From the NCBI GenBank assembly GCA_963700155.1, contig OY969472.1:1000690-1064689 (forward strand): a DNA stretch of 64,000 bases. The letters are read 5' to 3'. Every line of letters begins with the position of its first letter. Position 1 is the first letter of the stretch. The notes beneath the pieces are model-generated. The model was given only the letters and a program-made list of their open reading frames with translations. It did no database searches and was not told the origin of the DNA. This stretch comes from an uncultured bacterium. Its GTDB lineage: Bacteria > Patescibacteriota > Dojkabacteria > J137. Made by a program: the position numbers and the translations under genes. Positions 39,117 through 48,339 of this stretch are shown here, piece after piece.

Positions 39117-40262
39117 TTGGTGAAGAATATAAATTACAGTGTGATTACAAATGTTTTAAAAATTGTAATTTTACTTCTAGGACTATCATTTATTGTTTCG
39201 ATACTTTTTGTTAATTATCTTCCACTAGATCCTTTAATCAATTTATTTAATAATGATTCCATTACTTATATTTTGAAGGCTTTTGAAGCTACAGAAAAGA
39301 ACGGTTTGTTTTTTTATGCACAAATCGAATTTTCTATATTATATTTATGCTGTTTAATTGTGTGCATTATTTTTCTTCCAGGTAGAAAATTCGTTGAAAT
39401 TTTAATACTCTTCTTTGGCTTCTTTATTCCGAATCATAGAAAATATTGGGGGACAATAATTAATGAGAATAATGATAAACCAATCCCTTTTGCAACAATT
39501 TATTTGAAAGATAAATCTGCAGATGGAACAGTAAAAATATTAAAACAAGCGATTGCTGATTTAGATGGTAGATATAGAATTGATATTGATAAAGCTGATT
39601 ATTCTAATTTGATGCTTGAGGTTAAAGCTACTGGCTTTGACGATTTTGAAAAAAATATAAGATTAAATACCCTATTTAAAACTAATTATTTAACCATTGC
39701 GGATACTATCCCAATGGTCGAAGTTACTAAAAAAGAGAGTAAGATTAGTGATTTTTTGTTTAATATTGATTCTAATGATTATTTGATTTATTTCATTTAT
39801 ATTCTCTCTGTTGCTGCACTGGTTTCAAGTATTTTATTGATTGGGACTGTTCCTAAATTTCTAAGTGCATTTCAGCTAATATTTTATGGTACTTCGGTTG
39901 TCTGGAACACATATATTTTAATTTCTAGATCAAGGACAATTGTTGGAAGAGTTATTAATATTGAAGACAAGCAGCCAATCCAAGATGCACTTGTTAATGT
40001 TTATGACTTAGATGGGAAAGAATTGGGTTCTTTTGTAACTGATAATGAAGGATTAATTGAATCAAGTTTAGGTGAGGGAAACTATGAAGTTACTGTTAGT
40101 AAGCCAGGTTATACGATTTATGGTGCTTCTAATGATCCTGCCTTAAGAAAAAGAGTTCATATTGATTCGAGGGGTTATTTTTCTAGTAATATTTTACTAT
40201 ATAAACTGGATCCAAATGCAGTGAATTCAAGGGCTACAGACTTGCCGAATCCATTCGTTTGA
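39117..40262 (+). CDS. Membrane protein with two carboxypeptidase-regulatory-like (transthyretin-like) domains
   Basis: KPIPFATIYL...ADLDGRY and QPIQDALVNV...TDNEG...YEVTVSKPGY; multiple TMs. Confidence 0.75.
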   Translation: MVKNINYSVITNVLKIVILLLGLSFIVSILFVNYLPLDPLINLFNNDSITYILKAFEATEKNGLFFYAQIEFSILYLCCLIVCIIFLPGRKFVEILILFFGFFIPNHRKYWGTIINENNDKPIPFATIYLKDKSADGTVKILKQAIADLDGRYRIDIDKADYSNLMLEVKATGFDDFEKNIRLNTLFKTNYLTIADTIPMVEVTKKESKISDFLFNIDSNDYLIYFIYILSVAALVSSILLIGTVPKFLSAFQLIFYGTSVVWNTYILISRSRTIVGRVINIEDKQPIQDALVNVYDLDGKELGSFVTDNEGLIESSLGEGNYEVTVSKPGYTIYGASNDPALRKRVHIDSRGYFSSNILLYKLDPNAVNSRATDLPNPFV

Positions 40263-40275
40263 GTATGGTTTACTA

Positions 40276-40304
40276 TTGAGCTATTTAAAGAAAAAAAGTA
40301 TAAT
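40276..40304 (+). promoter_or_regulatory. Sigma70-type promoter for the tRNA-Glu transcript
   Basis: TTGAGC-17 nt-TATAAT. Confidence 0.7.
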
Positions 40305-40320
40305 TCTTCGCTACATTAAA

Positions 40321-40413
40321 TGGCCCTATCGTCCTCAAGAGATTCTTAGAGAGGCGAATAGAATGAGCCGAACTAAAGAAGATCTTAGTCCCGATGAAAT
40401 CGGGATAACGGTT
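40321..40413 (+). pseudogene. Interrupted duplicate of the tRNA-Glu 5' end
   Basis: TGGCCCTATCGTC (40321-40333), a 72-nt insert, then TAACGGTT (40406-40413); the intact gene reads TGGCCCTATCGTCTAACGGTT. Confidence 0.65.
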
Positions 40414-40448
40414 TGAGGTTTAAAATGATAAAATTGTTGTTGTATAGT

Positions 40449-40520
40449 GGCCCTATCGTCTAACGGTTAGGACAGCAGGTTTTCATCCTGCAAATTCGGG
40501 TTCGATTCCCGGTAGGGTCA
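40449..40520 (+). tRNA. tRNA-Glu (anticodon TTC)
   Basis: GGCCCTATCGTCTAACGGTTAGGACAGCAGGTTTTCATCCTGCAAATTCGGGTTCGATTCCCGGTAGGGTCA forms a cloverleaf. Confidence 0.96.
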
Positions 40521-40591
40521 TGAGTCCTCCTTTGAGACAGAATTCAGATATATTCATGCTATAATAATATATAAATTATTATTACTCTAAT

Positions 40592-41134
40592 GTGATATCA
40601 CAATTAGAAGCGTGGGGCGGCCCAGAATATGTACCGCCAACTCTTAAAGAATTACTCGAAATGGATGAAGATATATTCAAGCAAGTTCTGACAGATGTTG
40701 AAAGACTCCAGTATTATTACGATAGCAAACCATATAAGTATTTAGGTATTTTGCCTTGGCTAAGAGATACACAATCTCCTGAAACAGTTGAAGAGTATAA
40801 AAGCTTAATTGATAGAAGGAAATGGTTTACACCAAGACCATCGCTTAGATCACTTATTTCTAGTTCATTAATGATCTCTACACTTAGTGCAATAGATAAA
40901 TTATTATCAGTTGGTGATTCACCAGAACTTGAAACAGTTGTATCACTATGTCAATCAGGAAGCCCAGAAAATAAAAAAATGATACTGGAGACAATAAGAA
41001 AAACTATGAGTTATCCTGATATTACTCCAGATCAATATGATGCTTTATATTCTGCCTATAAGTATTTAGAAAAAACATACCCAATAGATACTGTTAGACT
41101 AGCAGCAAGAGAGCGTGGACTATATATGGATTAA
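40592..41134 (+). CDS. Hypothetical protein downstream of tRNA-Glu
   Basis: 180-aa ORF with GTG start. Confidence 0.65.
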   Translation: MISQLEAWGGPEYVPPTLKELLEMDEDIFKQVLTDVERLQYYYDSKPYKYLGILPWLRDTQSPETVEEYKSLIDRRKWFTPRPSLRSLISSSLMISTLSAIDKLLSVGDSPELETVVSLCQSGSPENKKMILETIRKTMSYPDITPDQYDALYSAYKYLEKTYPIDTVRLAARERGLYMD

Positions 41135-41256
41135 TTGCAACCTAAGTAAGAAATAACATTTTAGATTTATTAATCAAAAGATTTAAGTTCGACATCTTAC
41201 CCTTTAGGGTCAAGAATTAATAAAACAAGTTTACTTGTAGAACTATCGATATTAAC

Positions 41257-41847
41257 TCAAGAATTTAAAACATCTTTAGTGATATGTTTCCAAGAATCTT
41301 TTCTAAATATTTTATTTTCCACTTCAAAATTTCTATTCCAGGGTTTTTCTAACAGAAAAACATTTATACCTTTTGCAGCTATATCTTTTGCGTGATGGGG
41401 AGCATCTTCAATAAATAAATCTACTCCAAGGTTTTGACAGACTTCTGATTTCGGAATCATTTTTTGGTTGGGATCTTTTGTAAAGAAATTGGTAAAAACT
41501 ATTTCTTTTATATTTGGAAAATATTTATCTATCCAGTTTTCGGTTATTTGTTGAAGATGCTCCGGTCTAGCAGTAACAGCATATAATTTATGTTTTTTGG
41601 CAAGTCTTTTTATAGATTCTTCAGAATATTCTACTCTGTCGAGGTCAATGAACTCAGGTCTACCATAGAACTCAAAGCAAAGATTAAAAAAATCTATTCT
41701 TTCAATAAACTCAGGAAAACATTGCCTATAATCATATTCAGTAATTTGATCAAATTTAAAGTTTGTTCCAAATTTATTATTGATGTATTTAAGATATGAT
41801 ATATTCCATTGAGCAAGAACATCATCAATATCAACACCTATTGTCAT
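41257..41847 (-). CDS. HAD-superfamily 5'(3')-deoxyribonucleotidase-like protein
   Basis: IGVDIDDVL, VTAR, FIEDA, PWNR. Confidence 0.85.
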   Translation of the reverse strand: MTIGVDIDDVLAQWNISYLKYINNKFGTNFKFDQITEYDYRQCFPEFIERIDFFNLCFEFYGRPEFIDLDRVEYSEESIKRLAKKHKLYAVTARPEHLQQITENWIDKYFPNIKEIVFTNFFTKDPNQKMIPKSEVCQNLGVDLFIEDAPHHAKDIAAKGINVFLLEKPWNRNFEVENKIFRKDSWKHITKDVLNS

Positions 41848-41852
41848 TATTA

Positions 41853-43562
41853 CTAACTTCCAAAAGTAAATGTATTAAGTTTAACACCTTTGTTAAATGT
41901 TAAGTTTAAAACAACATCTCTTTTAAATTCTGGAAGATTTACTAATGTATATAATCTCTCATTTGAGACTGTAACATATCCGTCTGAATCAACATCTGAT
42001 CCTTTATTTGAATTATCGGAAATCTTATTATTTATTTTTACTAAAACTTTTGTAGTAGAATCTGATCCCATAACAAGATAAACATTTTTTGCAGAGAATT
42101 TATAACTTAATTCTGCACCATTTTCTTCAGATTCAGTATTTTCTGATGTTATTTTCCATTTACCACCAAGGCTCCATTGATCAGAATTTAAACTTGTATT
42201 TAATGTATAAGTTGCAGTTTTATTTGGCATAAATTCTCCAAGCATATTTCCAAAGTTAGAACCTTTTTCATAACCTAGATAGGTCTCAGGACTTTGACCT
42301 GAGGAAATTGGAACTTTTATATTTCCTAAATCTGAACCTACATTCAAACCTAATAGATATTGAATTGCTTCTTCAGTTTCATCATAGTTACCTTCACCGA
42401 AGTGTGTATTTCTTACCTTCCCGTTTTTATCTATAAGATATTCTGCTGGCCAGTACTGATTATTAAAAGCCTGCCAAGTTCCATAATTATTATCTTGGGC
42501 TATTGGATATGTAATTCCATTGTCTTTTGCGAATTTTGTTACATTATCAGTTAGTTTTTCAAAAGAAAATTCTGGAGTGTGTACTCCAATTACAATAAAA
42601 CCATCATTCTTGTATTTGTTGTACCAGTCTTTTACATAAGGTAAAGTTCTTATGCAATTAATACAAGTATATGTCCAAAAATCAACTAAAACTACTTTCC
42701 CTTTTAAATCAGAAATTTTTAATGGCTGAGAATTTATCCAGTTATCTATTCCTTTAAATTCAGGTGCATTATATGGCTGTTCAACATTTAATTTTGTTGA
42801 ATTAGTAGAATCAGTACTGGTCTGCTGATCCTGGCTTGGTTGTTGAGTATTTAATAAATTTTGTTCTATCTTAGTTTCATCTAAAAAGCCTTGATCTAAA
42901 AGGTAAGTTTGGATCTGTTTATCTATCCCAGTTATTATTAATATTCCAATTATAATGAATACAATACCTAAAATTTTCTTAAACTTCCCATTCGGATTAA
43001 CTGCCCATCCAAGTTTTTGGATAATCTTTTGTCCAAATATTGTTACCAGCAATAAAGTTGCTGCCATTCCTAAAACGTAAATTAATAAGTTGGCTACACC
43101 TGAAGTGAAGTTTAATGGAAGAATCGTAGCTACTATTATTGCATATGTTGGGCTGCAGCTCGAAAAGACCGGCCCCAGAGCTGCTCCAATCAAAATATTA
43201 CCTGCCATGCCTTTTCGAGCTGCAGCGTCATTCAATACGTCATCACTTCTATTTTGTAGTTTTAATTGAATTGATATTTTTGTCCATAATTCAGGAAAAA
43301 GTGTAAAAATACCAAAAAGTAAAATTATTCCTCCTGAAAGTATATTCCAGAATTCCTGAGGAACTTGGATTAACAATGTTGATGCTTTTAATATCAAGGT
43401 AAATATAAATACAGAAACTGATAGTGATCCTATAATAATTAACGAACGTTTAAATTTAGAATTTTGTAAAGTACCTGCAAGTATTACAGGAAGTAATGTA
43501 AAAACGCATGGAGCGAATACAGTTAAAACTCCCGCAATAAATGATAATAAAAAATACTCCAT
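41853..43562 (-). CDS. dipZ: DipZ: CcdA-type membrane domain fused to a TlpA-like thioredoxin and C-terminal domain
   Basis: APCV and SSCSP transmembrane cysteines; DFWTYTCINC, GVHTPEF, NQYWPA, FTFG terminus. Confidence 0.9.
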   Translation of the reverse strand: MEYFLLSFIAGVLTVFAPCVFTLLPVILAGTLQNSKFKRSLIIIGSLSVSVFIFTLILKASTLLIQVPQEFWNILSGGIILLFGIFTLFPELWTKISIQLKLQNRSDDVLNDAAARKGMAGNILIGAALGPVFSSCSPTYAIIVATILPLNFTSGVANLLIYVLGMAATLLLVTIFGQKIIQKLGWAVNPNGKFKKILGIVFIIIGILIITGIDKQIQTYLLDQGFLDETKIEQNLLNTQQPSQDQQTSTDSTNSTKLNVEQPYNAPEFKGIDNWINSQPLKISDLKGKVVLVDFWTYTCINCIRTLPYVKDWYNKYKNDGFIVIGVHTPEFSFEKLTDNVTKFAKDNGITYPIAQDNNYGTWQAFNNQYWPAEYLIDKNGKVRNTHFGEGNYDETEEAIQYLLGLNVGSDLGNIKVPISSGQSPETYLGYEKGSNFGNMLGEFMPNKTATYTLNTSLNSDQWSLGGKWKITSENTESEENGAELSYKFSAKNVYLVMGSDSTTKVLVKINNKISDNSNKGSDVDSDGYVTVSNERLYTLVNLPEFKRDVVLNLTFNKGVKLNTFTFGS

Positions 43563-43683
43563 GATTAATATTTTTATTTATTATCTTTTTAGTTTAAAGG
43601 TCATTTATTAAAACTGTCAATTTAAATCTTTTTGGTAAAACAGTAGTTCGTGTATAATAAATTATATTTTTTATTTGCACTTT

Positions 43684-44259
43684 ATGTTTAATAAGAAATT
43701 TCTTGTAAAAGTCTTTTTTACATGGTTACCTTTTGCGGTTATGTTGACTCTTGTCTCAGGACTGATTTATCTTGCAGTTCAACAATCATTAAGAAGTTCT
43801 GCAGTAAATCCACAAATGCAAATTGCTGAAGATGAAGCGAATAAACTTGCTGAAAGTAGTTCCAGTACAGGTTATGTTACAACTTTAGATACTATTGATA
43901 TTTCGAAAAGTTTATCACCATATGTAATAGTTTTTGATGATAATTATAATGTTAACTTTTCAACAGCATTATTAAATAATAATACTCCAATACCTCCTGA
44001 TGGTGTTTTTGAGTACACTAAAGCAAATGGTTTGGACACGATAACTTGGGAACCTCAAAAAGGAGTTAGAAGTGTTATAGTTGTTCAGCATTTTGAGGGT
44101 AAGAATTCAGGATATGTATTGGTAGGAAGATCTTTGAGGCAAATAGAACTTACAGAAGATCATATAATGATATTAATTTTTGTTGGGTGGTTGGCATCGC
44201 TTTTTTGCATGCTTGTTGCAATAGTGTTTATAAAGTTTTTAGAGCCTAAAGAGAAATAA
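43684..44259 (+). CDS. Two-TM membrane protein with periplasmic sensor-like domain, hypothetical
   Basis: QQSLR..NPQ.QIAED, TWEPQKGVR, GYVLVGRSL. Confidence 0.7.
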   Translation: MFNKKFLVKVFFTWLPFAVMLTLVSGLIYLAVQQSLRSSAVNPQMQIAEDEANKLAESSSSTGYVTTLDTIDISKSLSPYVIVFDDNYNVNFSTALLNNNTPIPPDGVFEYTKANGLDTITWEPQKGVRSVIVVQHFEGKNSGYVLVGRSLRQIELTEDHIMILIFVGWLASLFCMLVAIVFIKFLEPKEK

Positions 44260-44319
44260 TTTTACAATATAATATTTTCAGTACTATAATTCATAAAATT
44301 ATTTTATTAAAAAACTTTT

Positions 44320-44574
44320 ATGGAAAATACTGAACATGAAATAGAACAAGATTATAATATTGTGACAGCAGATGATCTTATTAATTTTATAATTACTAAC
44401 TGCGGTGTCGAACTAACTATAGATGAGTTAAAAGAGAGGCTTGCCTCTAATAACTTACCTCTCTTCAATTGTATACAAAGTTCAAGAAAAAACATTTATT
44501 TACTTGTTAAAGATGCTCCATCGTGGGGAGTTCTTAACAGCGAAGAATGGGGCTGGGTGAAGCTCGATGATTAA
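44320..44574 (+). CDS. Hypothetical protein
   Basis: 84-aa ORF. Confidence 0.55.
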   Translation: MENTEHEIEQDYNIVTADDLINFIITNCGVELTIDELKERLASNNLPLFNCIQSSRKNIYLLVKDAPSWGVLNSEEWGWVKLDD

Positions 44575-44642
44575 TTGAACAAATGTTGCTTAGCATATTC
44601 TATTTATGGTAAAGTAATTTACTATTTGTTATATAAATTAGT

Positions 44643-45104
44643 ATGGCAGTAGTAGAAAGAGATGAGTGGAATAAACTTCAAGTTATTAAGTTAGATGGCT
44701 GGACTATTTCTGTTTCAGGTTCCCAACATGTTTTAGGATGGCTTATACTTCAACCTCCGAAAAAAGTTGAAGGTTCAATTGTTAATTTACCTGATGAAGA
44801 GCTGCTTAATTTTAAAAAAATAGGTTTATTAAGTGAGGAAGTTCTAAACGAGTTATTCAATCCAGATTTATTTAATTACTCTGTCACTGGTAACGTAATT
44901 AAAGATTTACACATTCATTTGCAACCAAGATATTCTTCTCCAAGAGAATTTTCAGGGTATAGATTTGTTGATGAAAACTGGGGTCGTGCAGTAAGATTCT
45001 TACCTTATGAACGACTACCACAAAAAGAAGTGGTGTTTGATTTGGTTGATACCTTAAAACAATCTTTTAATAAAAAAGATCTTAGTGAATTCAAAGTAAA
45101 ATAA
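44643..45104 (+). CDS. HIT-family hydrolase
   Basis: FNPDLFNYSVTGNVIKDLHIHLQPRY (partial HxHxH). Confidence 0.8.
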   Translation: MAVVERDEWNKLQVIKLDGWTISVSGSQHVLGWLILQPPKKVEGSIVNLPDEELLNFKKIGLLSEEVLNELFNPDLFNYSVTGNVIKDLHIHLQPRYSSPREFSGYRFVDENWGRAVRFLPYERLPQKEVVFDLVDTLKQSFNKKDLSEFKVK

Positions 45105-45192
45105 ATATTTCGATAATCTTTCAAAATTAATTCACTTTATATTCATAAAATTACTATATAAATATATCTAGCTAATTTGTGAATTTTATAAT

Positions 45193-45699
45193 ATGAATTC
45201 AGAAGAAAAAAATACACTTCCTGTTGTAATCGCAGGTGTGATATTAATAGTTGTAATCTCTATAGGTATTTTATTATTCCTTAATAATAGAAATACAACA
45301 ACTAACAATACATTATCTGCTAATACATATACTTCAACAGGATCATCTCAAGTCTATTCTAGGGGAAATGGAATGATGGGAGGTAATTCAATAATGAATT
45401 TTAAAGATGGGTCGTATAATGCTTCAGGAAGTTATTTTGCACCATCAGGATATGAAACTATTGGTGTTCAAATTGGTGTTTCCAAAGGTATTATTAGTTC
45501 AGTTTCTATAACTCCAGATAGTAATGATTTCCAATCATTAAGATATCAACAGAGATTTATGGATGGATTGAACTCTTTAGTAGTTGGGAAATCTCTTGAT
45601 CAAGCATATATTTATGGAAGAGTGAATGGAGCTTCTTTAACACCATTAGGTTTTAATAATGCATTAGATCAGATTATTCAACAGTCAAAGATAAATTGA
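45193..45699 (+). CDS. Membrane-anchored FMN-binding-domain protein
   Basis: TM, linker, FKDGSY...GSY.AP, VVGKSLD...VNGASLT. Confidence 0.75.
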   Translation: MNSEEKNTLPVVIAGVILIVVISIGILLFLNNRNTTTNNTLSANTYTSTGSSQVYSRGNGMMGGNSIMNFKDGSYNASGSYFAPSGYETIGVQIGVSKGIISSVSITPDSNDFQSLRYQQRFMDGLNSLVVGKSLDQAYIYGRVNGASLTPLGFNNALDQIIQQSKIN

Positions 45700-45743
45700 T
45701 AATATAGAGCAAGGTTTAGAAATAATTTAAAAAGAAAAATCAA

Positions 45744-47075
45744 ATGAAAAATAGAAAAAAGCTGCTTTACTCTATAATTATTATTTCATTTATTCCAATA
45801 GGAATCCTTCCTTTTTTTATTTTACCCAATAGTATCTATATATTGCCTGAAGATTTAGTTGTTGTAGTTGGTTCATGGTTAGGTCTTTTCGCATATATGT
45901 TAATTTTCTGGCAATACGTTCTTGGAGTAAAAGCAATTACAATAAGATTTACCAGTGACATTATTACAGTCAATAAATTGCATCAAACACTTGGGATTTA
46001 CGGGTTTTTTCTAATAATCACTCATCCAGTTTTGATCTTTCTAGGATATTTCTTTGAGTTAGGTCAGAATGTTATTAATCTTAACTTTGATACTACTTTA
46101 AATATTGCAGTTAAATTTGGGGAACTTGCAGTAACAATGATCATAATTAACTGGCTTTTAAGTTATTATTTTAGATCTAAAATATCGTTCAGATGGTGGA
46201 AGAGAATACATTTATTCAATTATATTATCCTTGTATTTGTAGCACTTCATGCTCGTGAAATTGGTACTTTTTTGCAGGACCCTACTCTAGCGCTTTATTT
46301 TAAATTCATATTCTTTTTATTTGTACTTATTTTTATATACAGGTTAGGAAAACAATTTGGAATTTTTAAATATAAATATAAAGTTACAAACGTTCAGCAG
46401 ATTACTCATGATGTAGTTCAATTGAGTTTCGCCCCTACTAACAGTAGGAATTTTATTGATCCTTTACCAGGACAGTTTATTGAGATACAAATTAATAAAT
46501 GGGGTGAAACTCATCCATTCACTGTTTCTGAGTATGACAATAGTAGTAAGATATTATCTATTTCACCTAAAGATTCTGGTAAATTCAGTCACTTGGTACA
46601 AAATGTTAAATTAGGTCAGGAAGTATATTTAGATGGTCCTTATGGTGTTTTTACTAAAGAATTATATAAAAAGAATATCAAAAATGTAGTTTTAATCGCT
46701 GGAGGAATTGGTATAACACCTTTCTTAAGATTATTAGATTATTTTGAATTGAATCCTAATATTTTTGATAAATTATATTTATTTTATGGTAATAAAACTG
46801 TAAATGACATTGCATACAATAATAAAATTAAATATTTAAAGAATTTTAAAAATTTTAGAATAATTAATGTACTAAGTAATGATGAAGATGAAAGTTCTTT
46901 ATTTGAGCATGGTTATATTACAACAGAACTTATTAAAACATATTTAAGTAGTGATTTGAATAATTTTAAGTTTTTTGTATGTGGACCACCGGTAATGATG
47001 TCAATAATAAACAAAGATTTAATATCCAATGGAATTCATAAGGAAAATATATTCTTCGAAAAATTTAGCTGGTAA
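45744..47075 (+). CDS. Ferric reductase-like transmembrane flavocytochrome (heme TM, FAD and NAD(P)H domains)
   Basis: Paired His in TMs (LHQ..THP, IHL..LHA), PGQF, HPFT, DGPYG, AGGIGITP, CGPP, EKF. Confidence 0.9.
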   Translation: MKNRKKLLYSIIIISFIPIGILPFFILPNSIYILPEDLVVVVGSWLGLFAYMLIFWQYVLGVKAITIRFTSDIITVNKLHQTLGIYGFFLIITHPVLIFLGYFFELGQNVINLNFDTTLNIAVKFGELAVTMIIINWLLSYYFRSKISFRWWKRIHLFNYIILVFVALHAREIGTFLQDPTLALYFKFIFFLFVLIFIYRLGKQFGIFKYKYKVTNVQQITHDVVQLSFAPTNSRNFIDPLPGQFIEIQINKWGETHPFTVSEYDNSSKILSISPKDSGKFSHLVQNVKLGQEVYLDGPYGVFTKELYKKNIKNVVLIAGGIGITPFLRLLDYFELNPNIFDKLYLFYGNKTVNDIAYNNKIKYLKNFKNFRIINVLSNDEDESSLFEHGYITTELIKTYLSSDLNNFKFFVCGPPVMMSIINKDLISNGIHKENIFFEKFSW

Positions 47076-47143
47076 TTGTTAGACTTTCCGGAATAAAATA
47101 ACATGTCTATACATGATATAGTTCTAAGCTATTTAGAATATAG

Positions 47144-47172
47144 TTGCAATACTGTTAAAAGTAATATATGCT
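47144..47172 (+). promoter_or_regulatory. Sigma70-type promoter upstream of the DUF378 gene
   Basis: TTGCAA-17 nt-TATGCT. Confidence 0.55.
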
Positions 47173-47297
47173 TCAAGTAGTATTGATTTATAGAGCTCTC
47201 TAAATTAGTAACTGATAATATATAATAATTATTTATTGTCAGAAAATATTGGTTTTAGAGTGGCTATAAAGATTATTTTATTTATTATTTTATATTT

Positions 47298-47555
47298 ATG
47301 GACTTCCCAAAAATGCATTTAAGCCCATTGGACTGGTTGATGTTAGTATTGCTTGTAATCGGAGGCTTAAATTGGGGTCTAGTTGGTTTATTTCAGTATG
47401 ATTTAGTTGCTACAATTTTTGGTACTGGAACAACTGTAGCTAATATTGTTTATGTAGTTGTTGGTGTCTCTGCATTATATTTTGTTGTAAGAGCAGTCAT
47501 GGAGATGGGTATGGGATCATCCTCATCAATGCCAATGGACAATAAACCTATGTAA
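47298..47555 (+). CDS. DUF378 family small membrane protein
   Basis: LLVIGGLNWGLVGLFQYDLVATIFG...IVYVVVGVSAL. Confidence 0.9.
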   Translation: MDFPKMHLSPLDWLMLVLLVIGGLNWGLVGLFQYDLVATIFGTGTTVANIVYVVVGVSALYFVVRAVMEMGMGSSSSMPMDNKPM

Positions 47556-47574
47556 GTTAAATTTAACATTTGAT

Positions 47575-47600
47575 AAGCGCCCTTCCAGGGCGCTTTCTTT
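47575..47600 (+). terminator. Rho-independent terminator
   Basis: AAGCGCCCT-TCC-AGGGCGCTT followed by TCTTT. Confidence 0.8.
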
Positions 47601-47632
47601 TGGATTTTAATTTAGTAGTGTTAGAATTTATT

Positions 47633-48187
47633 ATGGATACAAAAATTTTGGATTCAACTTCAGATTATCTAACAAGATTTCCTAAAGGGTATAACGATTA
47701 TGGTATGGAACAAGTGGGCTTGAACCAATGGGGAATTGAACTTGATAAAAGATATAAATTACTTCTAGATGTTGCTATATATAATTTTGATGAGCTTACA
47801 TTTGATATTGCGAAAAATCTTTTTCATAGTTACTTATTAGCTAGATTATATTGCTCTAGAACTTATATGTGTGAAGATGGAGTTTTTACAGATTTTAATT
47901 TAGATAGTTTTGATGTTCTTGTAAAACCTATGATTGATTCACTTAATAAGTTAGAAAAGGGTAAACCTGAAACATACGATGAATTTGAAAAATTTTTGAC
48001 AGAAATAATTAAAAATAATTATTCTAGAGCTGAAAAGTATATAAAAAACAAAAGAATTAAGGCTAAAAAATTTGGTTATCGATTAGATGAATATTTGGAT
48101 ATTATTAGTAAAATTCGAAGAGAAGCAGATGCTTATAAAATATATTACAAAATACTTTTTGGTAAAGAATTTTACCTTGAAAGTTAA
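47633..48187 (+). CDS. Hypothetical protein
   Basis: ATG at 47633 chosen because the longer TTG start overlaps the terminator. Confidence 0.65.
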   Translation: MDTKILDSTSDYLTRFPKGYNDYGMEQVGLNQWGIELDKRYKLLLDVAIYNFDELTFDIAKNLFHSYLLARLYCSRTYMCEDGVFTDFNLDSFDVLVKPMIDSLNKLEKGKPETYDEFEKFLTEIIKNNYSRAEKYIKNKRIKAKKFGYRLDEYLDIISKIRREADAYKIYYKILFGKEFYLES

Positions 48188-48339
48188 TAAATGTGGTATA
48201 ATATGAGGTTCGTTCAAAGTAGATTTCGAGTTGAAGATAGGTTTAAGGCTACGTGTTCAAGCTTTCAAAAATAATTTAATTCTCGGTCATCTATTTTGTA
48301 CCACCGGTGATTCCGGAATTAAATTATTATTATAATCAT

